Counted from the stretch's first letter, positions 1 to 54,011 are shown. The stretch: 64,000 bases of DNA from Felis catus (GCF_018350175.1 NC_058383.1:31806001-31870000); one strand, 5' to 3'. Translations and numbers: made by a program. Notes: generated by a model from the letters alone, not told the origin.

Positions 1-537
1 TTCTAATGGAGCAGGAGGAGTCTAAGTCCAAAAAGAAGAAGAAGAAAACTTCTGGATTCTCCTTGTCCAGAGGGTTTTTTCCCCCTGCTTGCTAAGATGA
101 GGCATGGTCCAGCTGGGCACCATGAGAGGTTCCTGGATGGGTGGAAAGAGCGAGGCCCCTCCAGTCTGGACCGGGCAGGCCGCAGGTCGGAATCATTTGA
201 TAGTGATTGGATGTTTGATAAACCTGGAGAGAAGTATTCATCTGTTCCCTTGACAAGCCCTGACCCCTGGGGTGTGTCCAGGGATGCTAAGTGCTGGGGA
301 TGGGCCCGGGGGGAAAAGTAAAGGCCCTGCCCTCGAGGGGCTGACCCTCCCTAGGCGGGGAGCACGAAGGGTTGGGAGGGACAGTGCGAAGTGTCAGTTT
401 GGCAGCCAGCCCAGGAGGAGGAGTAGCCAGGCCGAGATACCCGGGGGGCAGGTGGGGGCCGCCTCCTGACGTCCCAGTGGCTCAAAGCAAGAAGCCTTGC
501 CTGGGGTTCATGCCCCCTGAGAAAGGAGGCAAACTGA

Positions 538-39675
<39,138 letters not shown>

Positions 39676-39847
39676 GCCAACACTAGGCTGCCAAAGATTT
39701 CACACCCGTCACCCCCTCAGCTCGGCCAAGATTCTTGGCTGAACAGAACCATCACAACGAAATGCCAGGAGGCACAGAGATCACACTGGGTCCAGATACA
39801 GCCAAGGGGGGGATCATCGTCCATGATTTCAGAATCCTTCCATGGAC

Positions 39848-39853
39848 AATAAA
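39848..39853 (+). terminator. candidate poly(A) signal of the LLTP-like gene
   Basis: AATAAA in non-repeat sequence downstream of the candidate stop codon. Confidence 0.45.
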
Positions 39854-41599
39854 GTTCACAATTGGTCTGGACAGTTCTCTACCTTCCTTGACACCTGCAT
39901 GGCCTTCTAGAAGACAGCCTGGGCCCCTGGCCCACCCCTGCAGGGCCGGGGGGCGGGGGGGGGGGTCCATTCCAGCCACTGTTGTTGCCCAAGTTCTTTT
40001 TTCGCTTGCTTTGTTCCTTGGTCTGAGGCCTCCACCGTGTGAGCCCAGGGCTGCCCTGGGGTCTTCCTACTTTGGGACAAGCATGAGGCTCCTTGAGGTA
40101 TACAGATGGTCCCAAATCCCTTCATCACAAGCCTGGGGGGGAGAGTGTCCCTCTTTGGGGTAGATCCTGAATCTGGAACTGAATGTTTCAGGGGACACTT
40201 GAGAAGGCCTCCCTTTTTGGGGGACTGGTTTCCACAGACATGTGCGAGGGGCACCCAGGCCCCAAGGATACAGCCTTCAAAGCTGTTGACCTTTGGGAAG
40301 GCTGATCTGTCCCTTGAATTTTTGACTGAAAAATAAATCTGGCATGATCCCAGAACACATCCATTGGAAGGATGGGGCTAATCGTCTACTGGAATGACGG
40401 GGGAACTTGGGTGGCTGTGAAATCGACCCACCATTGGGAGGCCCCCTCAAGTCTTCTATCCAAAGGCCTGAGGTGCAGATTCCAAAGCAAAGGGCAAAGC
40501 GTCAGACACGCGGTGGGGGGCAACCAGGTCAGATGCGAGATTCCCTTGCCCCAGCCTCCCCACCCATAAATCCCCAGCACACAGCAGGCACTCAATCAAG
40601 TCCAGAAGAAAAAATACTAGAGGGCTTGAGAGTTTTTCGAAGAATGCGTGAATGGGGCCAGTCCTGCACATTCCCACACACTGGAGGCAAAGGGGAAGGG
40701 GCTTCTGATTTGTTGAGCGTGTTGTCATGGGTTACAACGAAAAGACCCCAGAGTCCAGGCACTGCTCTTTGAAAGATGTTCGATCTTTTCTTAGACCTCC
40801 CAACAGCCCAGTGACCAATGCACAATCCCACATAAGGGAAGAAGCAGGCTCAGAGAGCCCAGGGGACTTACATGAGGTCATCCAAGCAGCAGACGGCCAG
40901 GCTGGTGCAGGTCTGGGCCCGCTGGACCCTCAAGGCTGCCCAGCTTCAGTCATCACCTCCTATGCTTGCAAGAGCACCATATTGCCTACTTTGAGAGAGT
41001 CAATTGAACACTGGCTCCGTCCCAAGCCGGATACGTGATGCTTACTCTCCATTTCTTGGTCCACATTAAAATGCCCAATGAGCCATGTCACACACGATCA
41101 GAAACACATCCACGACCGTCAGAGGCGCTATGCTAGGCCCTGTCACAGGGATCTCGGCCCAAGAGAAGGAAGGAAAGCAGGAAGGAAGGAGACAGTTCAC
41201 AGGGGAAAGCCAACTGGTGGAATATGGGGAGTGGAGCGGGGGGGGCGGGGAGCAGGTCAGAGTCTGCGGCACCGATGATTTGTCACCACGCAAGCTCTTG
41301 GTTTCTCCATCTGCTCACAGGATGAGTTACTTTCGGTCCAGGCAGAAAAGTGCAGAAGGTTCCCAACCTGCCTCCCACGCTCTGTCCGCAAAGCGCTTAC
41401 CAGGAAAACAAGAGTGGTAGGTTGGGCACCAGCCTTGACCTCAAGAGGGAAGCACAGTTCTCCTTTCTCAAGACGGATTTAATGACACCAACACTTTGCC
41501 ATTTGGGGGGTTGGGCTGGGTGTGCACACACAGGCGTAGAATTTAAAGAAAAAAATGGATGAGACAGGGAATGAGTCCATTAAAGATGCAAATAAATAA

Positions 41600-43068
41600 G
41601 GGCACCTGGGTGGTTCAGTCGGTTGAGCATCCAACTTCGGCTCAGGTCATGATCCCGCATTCATGGGTTTGAGCCCCACGTCGGGTTCCATGCTGACAGC
41701 TCAGAGCTTGGAGTCTGCTTCGGATTCCGTGCCTCCCTCTCTCTGCCCCTCCTCCTGCTTGTATGCTGTCTCTCAGAAAATAAAACATCTAAAAAATAAA
41801 AAAAAATTTAAAAACGATAAAGATTTGTGCCTCAAGCACATAAAAAGCAAGTCCAGATAAGTCTTTAAAAAACTCAGTCTCGGTGAAGTGATTTGGTAAA
41901 GGACAGAGCAGACAAAAGAGAGAAGTAAACGGTGTGGAGAACATTTAATTTTGCTGGTAACTAAAGGCAAAAGAGAGTAATGCTTGTAACTTCTTAAAAA
42001 TTTTCTTAAAATTTATTTTGGGAGAGAACAGGGGAAGGGAGCGAAGGGGAGAGAGAGAATCCCAGGCAGGCTCTCGCTGTCCGGGAAGAGCCCAACGTGG
42101 GGCTTGAACTCCTGAACCTTCAGATCATGACCTGGGCCGCCATCAAAAGTCAGACACTCAACCGACTGAACCAGCCAGGCGCCCCATCATTACAGCTTCA
42201 TTAGGCTGCAGGGTCGGTATTTAAAGAATAACGTCCAGAACTAGTGAGGCTGTGGACAAAAACAAAGCCCTCAAATCTGGTAACTGGCGGTTTCAACTGG
42301 TACCTCAGTAGTGGGTTTCTAACATCCTTCTGAAACCATTCACTCCTGGGGCACCCGGATGGCTCAGTCAGTTAAGCGTCAGGCTCTTGACTTCGGCTCA
42401 GGTAATGATCTCACAGTGTGGGATCGAACCCTGTGTCGGGCTCCACACTAACAGCACGGAGCCTGCTTAATATCCTCTCTCCCTCTCTCTCTGCCTCTCC
42501 CCTACTCGTTCTCTCTTAAAATGAACAGGTCAACTTAAAAAAAAATCAGTAACTAGTAACTAAAACCACTCATTCCTTTGACCTGATAAGCGCCACTCCC
42601 GGGACTTTATCCAAAACCAGGGAGGGAAGGGAAATGAGAATGATTCCCAAGATTCCAAAATAACTTTGTTATTCAAAATGATGAAAACTTATACACACCA
42701 CTAACAGGGCAATGGTCTTTGAAAGTTGCGGTCTGTGACTTTGATACCCTATCTCGAACTCATTTGTCAAGAGGTCCAACGTGAGGCAATATATTAACAT
42801 GAAAAAAAAGATTAGCTTCCAAGTACAGCAGGAGGCTGCCTAAGAATCTGCACCAAGAATGACTGCATTTGGACAAGAAGTGGTCAAGGATACAGGAAAA
42901 TGGAAACAGTTCATATAGGAAGAGTGATCACACCGTAGGGGATTATTTTTTTCTTTTAAAGATTCCTTTTGGGGCGCCTGGCTGGTTCAGTCAGAAGGGG
43001 GTGTAACTCTTGACCTCAGGGTCGTGAGTTCGAGCCCCACACCGGGCGTAGGGATTACCAAAAAATAA
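41600..43068. mobile_element. cluster of four CAN-SINEs (41600-41813 +, 42001-42185 -, 42347-42545 +, 42971-43068 +)
   Basis: ggggcrcctgg heads and A-rich tails. Confidence 0.88.
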
Positions 43069-43819
43069 CAATAACCTGTAAGAAACAAAACAAAAATGCC
43101 TTTTGTAATTGGTCTAACGCTGATCGTCCTTCGGGACGTTTCAAAATTAAAAGGAAGCGAGAGGAGAATGGAGAGGTAACGTTTGAGGCGTATCGGGTCT
43201 CGGGAAAGATGAAAACGTTCTGGAAACGGATGGTGGCGATGGCCGTACAACACTGTGAATGTACCTGACGCCACTGACTTATGCATTTAAAAATGGTAAA
43301 AATGCTAAGCTTTAGGAATATGTATCTTACTATTGTAGGAAAGCGGTAAGAAGGAATGAAGAGGGTTGAAGGAATTTTTTCGTTTTCTGCAAGCAGAGGG
43401 GTTGGGGGTAGTGGCCACGAGTGACACTTTATAGGGACAGAAGCCTAGCGGGAGGCTGGGAAGGTGGAGAGCGAGTGGCGGTGAGGAAGAGGAGGGCGGT
43501 GGCGGCATGTGACCCCTTGCTACTTGAAGCCGCTCCCTGTCTTCAGGGAGAATCGCAGGCAAGTCCTTTCTTGGAAGAAACTTCCGTAAGGGAGGGGGGA
43601 AAAAATCTGTCGGCTCTATCCATCTTGGGTCCTGTGGCTGGGGGCCTGTAACTTATGCTGGCGAGGGAGACCGGCAAGACGAAAAGGGACAGAAGTTTAG
43701 GACCAACACCATCAAGCAGGCACGGGGGAGGGGGCGGGGCACTGGCGTCAGTAACCCAATCTGCATGCGTGTAATATACATGCGTGGCGGTGTATACATA
43801 CATCTATCAAGAGTGTTCA

Positions 43820-45540
43820 CAGAGGGACACATTTTTAGAGAGATGACCAAGTCAAATGAGGAGGACTGGGAGCTTCCACAGGCGGAACATTGAGGGAGGG
43901 GAAGTCGACGTGGAAACTAACGGTCGCTAAGGGCTGGTGTTTAGCGGGGTTTATTCCGCAGACGCCTCCAGCCCTGTTAGGGAACCAGAGTTCTCCGATT
44001 AACCTGCGCCCTTCCCGGCAGGCGGCTGGAGGGGAGGGAGACACCTTTGCAGACTGAGTCCTGCTCTCAGGCCAAGAGGGGAGGGCAGAGAGCTTCTCCT
44101 GTAGCTGCTGCTTCTCAAGGGCCTTGGCTCCAAAGTCCTTATCCCCGTGGGGCGGATTTTCAGGTGCCACGTTCCACTACCTTTCACCTCTGTTAGTCCC
44201 ATCCTCGCCATCTGCAGGGGTTATGACCGAACGAAAGCATAGAAAGAACAAGTACAGGTAATTTTTTTTTTTAAGTCAAGTCTCCATGACATGATCTGAG
44301 CGAAGCCTGAGTTTTATAACCTAAGGGGGAGAGGAAACACTGCTTATGTTCGACCACCGTCTAGGTAAGGGGCAAAGTGAGCCGGTCCACACACCTCCTG
44401 GGAAAGGCCGCGTGACCTTTTATTACCCACCCTCACTTCTCGATTATTCTTTAAAGACAGGGAAGGGGGTAGAAGTGAGGTCACGCTGAGGCACTCTGGC
44501 CAATGCTCCCACCCCCAGGAGAGGAAATGAGCCGCTCCTTGGCTGCTGAATGCAAAGGATGCTTTCCAGTGACTTCTGCTGCCCCAGGGGCTCCGGGAGA
44601 TGACGTATCTCTTAGCCTATTTCTCCAAGAACAACTTGGAAGAATGTAGCAGTTCCTGAATGTAAAACTTTTCAAAAATTAATAGAAAAATGGTAACCTT
44701 AAGTCAATCTAAGACTTGTTTCACTTGGGGGTGGGGAAGGGGGATTTAAGGGAGTCAAGACAAGAAAAGGGGGCTGTCGAGGCCGCGGTCTCCACACAAG
44801 TAAACTCGAAAGCCCAGAGGCAACATTTTCCGAGGGGACCAAGTACCAACAAGAACCTGAAGGGGGTTCACAACAAGTCTTCCCAAAACGTGCAACTTGG
44901 CACACGGACTATTTTGAGACGAAGGCAACTGAGCCCATGCAGGCTGAAGAGGATTTTGCCCCTCCCTTAAAGACCTAGAAGAATCTATACTGAAGGGTCT
45001 TTCCCAACATAAGAGTTATTACCAAAGATCAAATTTATCTGAGTGACCCAACTGTACCACAGGACAAAGATCTAATGAGGCCACAGCCTTTCTTCCCATC
45101 GCCCTGTCGAGGCCCTCCTCCCACTTTAAAGCCCCAGACCCCATCCCATTCCTTTGCTCAGGAAAACATATACAGCTCATTTTCCTTTTGTTTTAAAAAA
45201 TATTTATTTGGGTGAGAAGCGGCCGGGGGCGGGGCTGCTGGGGAGGGGCGGAGAGAGAGAATCCCAAGCAGGCTCCACGCTGCCAGTACAGAGCCTCATA
45301 CGGAGCCCGACCCCACGAACCGTGACATCGGGACCTGAGCCCAAATCGCGTCAGACTCTCAACTGAGCCACCCGGACGCCCCTCACTTTCCCCTTCTGTC
45401 TTTGACCCTCTCGTGTACGTGGGATTCCCATACATACAAAATTAAATTTCGGTTTCTCCCGTTCATCTGTCTCCCGTCACTTTAATTCTTAGACCAGCCG
45501 GAAGAACCTTTGAAAGGTGGAGGAAAACTTTTCCCCCCGC
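43820..45540. mobile_element. ERV1-type LTR remnants (MER34/CarLTR-like) in opposite orientations, with a SINE at about 45186-45382 (-)
   Basis: aaaattaaatttc..tttctcccgttcatctgtctc...tttaattcttagaccagcc is an LTR-like 3' end. Confidence 0.55.
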
Positions 45541-45769
45541 AAAATACCCAAAAGAGAAAGTGTCTATACCAGAAGGAACCGAGAAGGTTTTGCAGAAATA
45601 CCAATGCCTCCCAAGCCCCAGAGCAGGGAGGGGAAGGGAGAAAGCTCAGGCTGGGCTGTTTCCCAGGAGAAGTCAACCCATGCCTTTAGGAATCCTAATT
45701 CCAATGAGATTTAAAGTGATCTAGGGCCCAGAGGAGGAAGAAACACTTCCAAGTTCTTTATCAGAGACA

Positions 45770-48700
45770 TTCATATAAAAAGCCAACAGTGAGGGAAAAC
45801 CACACACTGACTTCACTTACGTAAAAATCAGCGCAAAAATCCCAAATAAAATTTTAGCAAATACAATCCACCGTGATCCTTAAAGGGGTTCACCAAAACC
45901 AAGTGGGACTTGTACAATACGACAAGGACATCTTTTAATTTCTAATAATGTATTAAAAGGGAAAAATCATGATCATGGATGCTGAAGGGCATTTGGCAAC
46001 ATTAACCATTTATAACAAAATGTCTTATCAGATAAGAGGGATGCTTTCTTAACATGATAAAATTATACACACAGACACACACATCCACCCAGCCCAAAAT
46101 CAGCATCATTTGTAATGGTTGGAAGCAACAGAAGTTTCCATGAGGCTCTGGAATGAAAACATGCCCCTATCACTACTATTTTGTTTGGAAGGTTCTAGTT
46201 GATGAAAGTAGTTAAGAGGGAAAACAAAATTTGAGGAGAAAGAAGTGATATAACTGTGTTTACTCTGGAAAGCCCAAGAGAAGCGACGGAAAAACGCGGC
46301 TGACACTAAGAGATTTCACCAAGGGATGGGGTGCCGACGTACCACACCGAAACACCTAGCCTTTCTAGGTACAAACAGGAAGTAGCTAGAAACATTAACA
46401 AGAGAAAATATTCCATTTGCAACAGCACCCCCCCACCAACACACACACAAAAGAAGACTCCCAGAAACAAATGCGCTAAAATGTATACAATCCAGACGGA
46501 GAAATCTTTTCAAAGGCCCCAGAGGATATAAAATACTTTAAATGTAAAGAAAGCTGTGCTGCATATTTTCCTACCTAGAGAAACTCAACACTGGAAAGAT
46601 GGGACCATCTTTTGTGTTCGGAAGGATGCAGAACTGGAGCCCTCCCAGGCGCTGGCAGGAGGGGTGAGAGGACATGGCCACTCTGGAAGACAGGTTGGCA
46701 CTTTCTTAAGAAGTTAGAAATCCTTTTCCCATGTGGCTCAGCAATTCTACTCCTAGGTTGCTCCCGACGAGAAATGAAGACACGTGCTTGCACACCAAGA
46801 CTCGTACACAAATACCCCCCCAATGACAAACAAATGCACAAACCAGCTCAGCAATGACAAGAAAGTACTGGGACCTAACACACGAGGGATGAATCTCAAA
46901 AACGTGCTGAGTGACGGAAGCCAGATGCTGAAGACCACAGGTCGTGTGATGTCATTTATATGCCATTTCCAGAAAAGGAAAATTGGTAGAGACAGAGAGC
47001 AGGATAGCGATTGCCTGGGGCTGGTGGTAGGAACACACATGTCATGTTTCAACTAAACGAGCTGATTCTAAAGTTCATGAAAAAATTTTTTTAATGTTTG
47101 TTTTTGAGAGAGAAAGACAGACACAGCATGAGTGGGGGAGGGGCAGAGAGAGAGGGAGACACAGAATCCCAAGCAGGCTCCAGGCTCCGAGCTGTCAGCA
47201 CAGAGCCCGACGTGGGGCTTGAACCCACCAACTGTGAGAACATGACCTGAGCCAAAGTTGGATGCCTAACCAACTGAGCCACCCAGGTGCCCCTCAAGTT
47301 CATGACATTTTTAAACGACAACGATAACCAGGACATTTCTGAAAATAAGAATGAAGAACAGCTAACCCTATCAGATACTAAATCAGATGATCCTGCAGTC
47401 ATTAAAACAATTTCACAGGGTGCCTGGGTGGCTCAGTCGGTTGAGTGTCCAACTCTTGGCTTTGGCTTAGGTCTTGATCTCCTGGTTCGTGGGTTAAGGC
47501 CCCCACGTGGGTTTCATGCTGATGTCATAGAGCCTGCTCAGGATTCTCTCCCTCTCTCTCTCTCTGCCCTTCCCCTGCTTACTCTGTCTCTCAAAATAAA
47601 TAAACTTAAAAACAAATTTCATACCAACAAATATGCGTCTGAAAATGTACATAAAACAGGTCAATGGGACATATGTCAAAAATACACACAATCCATTCAA
47701 AGTGTAACATAAAAGGAGAGACTTCATTTCAGATAAGTGGGGGAGGGAAGTACTCTCTAGTTATTGGTATTCAAACAACTTGCTAGCTTCTGGGAAAAAC
47801 ACCGTTAGACCCCTCTACCTTTTTCTTCCAAGTAAATGAAGTATGGATGAGTCAGATTTAAATGTAAGAAATGAAACTGTAAAAGTAGAAGAAAGCCCAA
47901 AGAAACTTTAACCATCTCTTGGTAGGACAGTCCTTTCTAAACAGGACTCAAAACCCAGAAGTCCAGAATATACATTTCGTAATCTAATAAAAAGTTTTAG
48001 GGGTGTGTGGGTGGGTCAGTTGGTCGAGTGTCCCACTACAGCTCAGGTCATGATCTCACAGTTTGTGAGTTCGAGCCCCACATCGGGCTCTGTGCTGACA
48101 GCTCAGAGCCTGCAGCCTGCTTGGGATTCTGTGTCTCCCTCTCTCTCTGGCCCTCCGCTGCTTGCACTTTCACACTCAAAAATAAACAAAACGTTGAGAA
48201 AAAGTAAAATGGAAAGAGAGCAGCAGGGCGGGGGGAGGAAGAGACAAAGAACACGTGTCTGAGACCTGCAGGAAAGCGTCAAGTTGTCTGATATCAGTGT
48301 CATGGGAGGCCCACAAGGAAAAGAGAGAGAGAACATATGGGATATATGGGATAATAGCCAGTAATTAATCAAAATTGATGAAAGATATCAATCCACAGAT
48401 CCAAGCAGCTCAGCAAATCCCAAATAGGATTTACACAAAAAAGACCACACCTAGGCACATCATAAACAAACAGAAACCCAAGAAAAGGAGAAAATCTTAA
48501 AAGCAGCTTGGGGGTGTAAGAGACATGACATTTGTGGGAACAGCAATAAGAAAGACAGCCGAATTCACTAGAAACAGTGGAAGCCAGAAGAAAATGGAAT
48601 CAACTGGCAGGAAATGCAGCAAAAACATCTGTCAAAAATGAAGGTAAAAAAAAATTTCCAGCAAAGAAGAAAGAATCTGTCACCACACCACGGAAGCCCA
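45770..48700 (+). mobile_element. old L1 fragments with SINE insertions
   Basis: cccaaataaaattttagcaaat, gcaattctactcctagg, and an ORF1-like piece at 48270-48700. Confidence 0.7.
47085..48205. mobile_element. three CAN-SINEs (47085-47293 -, 47418-47610 +, 48000-48205 +)
   Basis: heads and tails seen; the first is flanked by aagttcatga. Confidence 0.88.
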
Positions 48701-48769
48701 AATGTGCAGAGGTGAGAAATGATCCAAAGAACGAATTTTTACAAATCTTTCCCTGCCACCAATCCCCAC

Positions 48770-49350
48770 TTGTCAAGCCAAGGGTGAGAAAGTCTTACCT
48801 TCGTTTGTCAGTGAGGCGTTCCAGACAGAGACCTGGGAGAGTCGACTTTGGTAAGAATTCTTCCCCTTCCCTGGCTTCTGTAAGTTTTCCCACGACCCTA
48901 CCTGCAGGCTCCAGATCAAGTAGGGTGTCCCAGTGGGTCCCATCTGGGAGACCAGAAACCACAGGGGAGGAGAAAGAATTTTCCCTCTACCCTTCTGAGT
49001 TCCTGGCTGACACATCCCCAGCCATAATGAAAGACAAATCAACAAGACAGAAACGAACAACTCGTTAACATGCGTACCTCGTAGAAGTATGGGATATACC
49101 CCGGGAGACAGGAGTTAGACTCCTGAGGTTGCCAAAGCTACCAGCTTAAATAACATCATCAGCTAAAGACCCAACAAAGGTGTCAGGAAGCCTGTTTTGG
49201 GGAGGTTACCAGGAAAGGCGTGGTAAACAAGGCTACGGTTTGTTGAATACACTTAAGCACCTTGTCCACTGATAGGAGTTTCTAGAGATTTCAATTTCAG
49301 GTACAGAGAGGGAGACACCTTTACAAATGGCGATTGTTATAAATGTAAAT
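48770..49350. mobile_element. ERV LTR remnants (CarLTR-like)
   Basis: ggaggagaaagaattttccctctacccttctgagttcctggctga...aagacaaatcaacaagacagaaa. Confidence 0.5.
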
Positions 49351-49355
49351 CTCCC

Positions 49356-49481
49356 GGGGCGCCTGGGTGGCTCATTCGGTTGAGCATCTGACTTCAGCTC
49401 AGGTCATGATCTCGTGGGTCATGAGTTCAAGCCCCAAGTCAGGCTCTGTGTGGACACTGTGGAGCCTCCTTGGGCTTCTCG

Positions 49482-49513
<32 letters not shown>

Positions 49514-50064
49514 GCCCTCCACCAAAATAAACATAAAAAAACCTAAAAGTTCACAACCCAGAAAGGTTTAGTTTTTCACACAACTTGGCCCAGGGCAATG
49601 AGCTTGCTGGAATGCCCGGGGGCCACAGGCCAAAAAGCAAACAAACAAGGAGCCAGGGTCACATTTTTGGTGACCCTTCCATGCTCACAGGTAGTAAGGT
49701 CTCCCGGCAGGGATGGATTTGCTTGTGAAGCCATCACCTTGGTCAGTTTTCTCTACAGAACAAGAGATGTTTAACCCGAATGCACGGATATGACAAATTA
49801 GAAAAAAAAAATGGTTTTAGATCATGTTGACTTGGGGAGTGACCACTTTTTAAAAAAAAATTTTTTTAATATTTATTCCTTTTTGAGAAAGAGACAGAGT
49901 GTGAGCGGGGCAGGAGCAGAGAGAGAGGGAGACACAGAACCTGAAACAGGCTCCAGGCTCCGAGCTGTCAGCACAGAGCCCGACGTGGGACTTGAACTCA
50001 CGGACTATGAGATCATGACCTGAGCCGAAGTCGGACGCTTGCCGACTGAGCCACCCAGATGCCC
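49356..50064. mobile_element. two CAN-SINEs (49356-49541 +, 49860-50064 -)
   Basis: the second is flanked by TSD gggagtgacc. Confidence 0.88.
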
Positions 50065-52689
50065 AAGGGAGTGACCGTTTTAATGCATCATTTTCTGGTC
50101 TTCCGTGGTTGGCTTGAAGCCTTGTGACAGAGGAGGAGGTCGGGTGTCCACACTAGAGACAAGATGCGGCCTGGAGCCCCGCCCCAAACTTTCGGCCACT
50201 GCGAGCCACACTCAGCCAGCCTCCCAGCCTCGACTCACTGCACTCGTCCCAGGTGACCCGGGAGGGATGGTGGGGTGATGAAATCTACCTACGTGCCCAG
50301 ACCGGCTACCCGCCCTGCACTCGCTCCCCAGAGCAGGGCCGGCTTTGCAGCAGGGGCACCGCACAATCAGGGCCCTGTGCTCAGAGGCGTCCCCGCACTT
50401 GCCTGAATGCCCAGCTGATCCAACAGCCCTGCGTTTTCACTTTAGGCTGGGCCCTGCGAGTTATGTACCTGGTTGTGCTCCAGAGCCACCAATCCGAGGA
50501 TCTCAGGCGCCTGGAACAGGTCAAAGTTGCCACAAAACAAGGGGCTGGCCAGCCACGGAGCCCCTCCAAACGAGAACCCTATCCCTGGTTCTAGAGTAAC
50601 CGTCCTTGCCCACTTCCTAATGGAGCCTCAAACAGCTTGACTACTCTAAGGGTTAGCAACCTACTTCCACCGAGACCGGGTCCAGTTTACCTAACTGTGG
50701 AATTATCAAGAACAAGAAGGGCCAATACTCAAGGGCTGGGGCCCTTTATACACACGCATCCTGCCTGAAAATCTCCTGGGAGGTACAGGACCCAGTGTGG
50801 TCTTATGGGGTCACCGGAAGTGGCCTGTCCCGAGCAGGACAAGACTCAACAACCCTTCTTCTCAATGTCAGAGCCGCTCCGAGGGAGGCACGAAGGTGGC
50901 GTTTGCAGGATGCCGGGCCCAGCTCAACAGTGAGTAGACCCACTGTGCCTCAGTGGCCCCAGTGGATCCAACCCACATCCAGGCCTCGGCACCCTGGCCT
51001 CCAGCCGGCCAGCCTAACTGGGAACAGCCATTCCCAGCCAGGCTCCTGCATCTGAAAGGCCCTTCCTTTCCCGAGAAGCCTCTTCTGGGGTTTCAGGAAG
51101 GAAGTGGAGACAGAGAGAGGAAACCACAAAGCCTTATAACTCTAATTACAGTATCACCTCTTGGTCCGCACCCCCCGCCCCTTCGGCTTGGACAGCACTG
51201 TGCTGAGAGGGGACGGAGGGCCACAGCCCGCGTTTCATCTTCAAACCACCCAGCGGCTCTGAGAGAGGAGGCCCCGGGGACTGAGACGAGCTGGCAAAGC
51301 CGGGTCACGGACGCACGGGGTCCCTCTGACCTGGGGGGGGGGGGGGGGGGCTGAGTCAGTCACACGTTTGCGTCTCCAGAAGGCAAAGACCAAGACCAGA
51401 AGAGTGGTGATGTTGGCCACGGCTGAGCTTTACTCTGCTGACGGAGGTTTCTCTTGAAGGACACTGGTGAGGCTGGGGCCCAGCCAGCTCATCTGCCCCT
51501 GGGAACACAGAACCCCAATTAGGAAGCGAAAGTAGCACTGTGAGCTTCTGTATTTCTGAAGAGAACCTTGTAGAAGGATGCAAGGACCCAACACCAGGCT
51601 TCTAAGCAAAGGGTGAGGGGTTCCTCGGCTCCACGAGGGCTCAAAGGTCGCCTGTTTCCTTTCCCTGCCTGGGCCCCATGCTCTGCCTCCAGAACCTTTT
51701 CGTTCTGAGGGCTAAATTTAAAGCCAGAGGACGAATCCCTCCTCTCTGCCATCCCGGACACCTACCCCTGTGCCACAGCTGAGGAGGCTGGTGACAGACG
51801 GGGGCCCTTGCTCCCCCAGACCCGGCCGGCCGGATCCGACTCTCCGACACAGGCACGAGCTCTTTGCCCCTTTTGTAACTGTGGTGACCACCCTGGGCGC
51901 CAATTACGCCCCCTTAAGCCTCCGGGGAACACTTAAGGCCCAGGCAACTGCAAGAAGGATTAGGTCAACAGAAGAGGCATGTTTTTCCAATTAGTTACAA
52001 ACCACCCATGTTGGAACTTGCGCAAAACTGGCCGCTCACTTTCACATTACCCAAGATGCCTCGTTTGTTCTTTCTCCATCAAGAAGTTCACAAGGCTTTC
52101 AAGCAAATTTGGTTCTAAAGGCCCATGACCGTGGAATCAACAGGATGCTCCAAGAGCAAGGCCTCCACCGGAAAGCTAACGCCAGAAGTCTCTTCCACGG
52201 GCAGCGAGGGAACAGACGGAAATTCACTTGGACCTGCCGAACATTTCCTACCTGGGGCTCATTAACACACAGCAACGTGTGCGACTCTGTTTATGTTGGA
52301 ACTGGATACGCGTTTTACTACATGCATACATTTTTTAACAGATTTTTTCCCCCCACTGACATTTCTCTCCCATGCCAAGTCTGGTCCAGCCTGCCAGACC
52401 GGGGAGATCGAGAGCCCAAGCCAGTGAGCTCATTCTTGAAGAGCCTCATCACAAGCCAGAAGGGCGAAGAATGTGGGGAAAGCAGCGAAGACGCCATTCT
52501 CACGCCTACAAAGACCAGGCAAGTCTTGCAACAGTCAGGACACCCTCACTCGCGTTTTGCCGACGAGGAAACAGAGGCTCATGGTGTCCCGGGTGCCACA
52601 CACAGCCTCACGGTGGTGGGGAGCTGGGATCTGAAGCACGTTGTCTGGCTTGGAACCCTCTTTACCCCTCACGTGGTCGCGTCTGACAG

Positions 52690-53672
52690 GTCCCTGTCGT
52701 GGCCAGAATTCCAAGATGGCTTCCCTAGATCCCCAGCCCTGGTGTATACACACAACATTCCCATTCAATCCAACACGAATCTGGGGATCACAGTGAAGGG
52801 GATTTGGAGAGGTCATTGGAGTCCCAAATCGGCTGACCTTGAGACAGACAAGCCTGACCTTCTCATACATGCCTTGTATCTTTTTTTTTTTTTAAGTTTA
52901 TTTATGAGATAAAAATAAACAGGACACGGCAGGGTTCACACTGTCAGTGCAGAGCCCGACATGGGGCTTGAACTCACCAAAACATCAGATCAGGACCTGA
53001 GCTGAAACCCAGAGTCAGACGCTCAAGGGACCGAGCCACCCAGGTGCTCCTCATACGTGTCTTTTAAATTGCAGCCTAGGGGTACCTGGGTGGCTCAGTC
53101 CATTAAGCGTCTCACTTAGGTTCAAGGCATGATCTCACAGTTCATGAGTTCAAGCCCCGTGTTGGGTTCAGGGCTGACAGTGTGGAACCTGCTTCAGATC
53201 CTCTGTCCTCCTCTCTCTGTCCACCCCCCCCCCCCCCCCCGCACCTGTTTGTTCACACACTGGCTCTCAAAAATACTGAAACATTGAAAAAAAATTAAAA
53301 ATTAAAAAAATAAATTGCAGCCTAGAGGGCAGAGGAGGAAATCAGGGATTGGAAACTCAAGAGGAATTCGACACTGTTCCTGGCTTGAAGACGGAGGGGA
53401 ATACATGGCCAGGAACAGGGGTGTCATCTTTACGAGCTAAGAGCAGCCCTCCAACTTGCAGCCAGTTGAGGCAAAGGGGGCCACAGTCCTGCGACCACAA
53501 GGAACTGGACTCTGCCAATGATCCGTCTTGAAAACAGATTCTCCCCTGAGCCTCCTGCAAATAGCTCGGCCAGCCACCACCTTGACTTCTGCCTGGTGAG
53601 GTCTGAAACAGAAAGCCCAAGCGGGCGGGGCCAGACGGGCTGCTGCGTCCATAGCACTTTGTTATGCGCCAT
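52690..53672 (+). mobile_element. MLT1D/E-like LTR carrying two CAN-SINEs (about 52880-53050, -; 53078-53312, +)
   Basis: ccacaaggaactggactctgccaa...cagattctcccctgagcctcc; TSD taaattgcagcctag around the second SINE. Confidence 0.75.
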
Positions 53673-54011
53673 GATGGTCCCTAACCAAGGGTCTCAAGCA
53701 CCCGCCCCAGCTGTCACACCGAGGGGAGACTTGGAGACTTCCAGTGCCTCTCCAGGGCTCCTGGGGGGCCCCACGCTGCCCACTGGACTCCCAGCAGATC
53801 CGTCAGAGCACTGTTCCTTCTCTACAGGAACCAGGCAAGCAGGCAAGCCAGACTTGGAATTAGAAGATGCTTCCACGGCCTCACCTGCCTTCTTACTGCT
53901 GACCTCCGGGCAAGCCACATGACCTACACTTGTGTTGCCCAGGACCTCCCAGGGCCACAGGCCACACGGGACTGCTCACATTCAGATTCATAGGAATTAA
54001 GAATTCAGTTT

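Noticed and set aside
52109-52912. 267-aa ORF
   Set aside because: No ATG start, runs through MIR-like, MLT1 and SINE sequence, and shows no domain signal.
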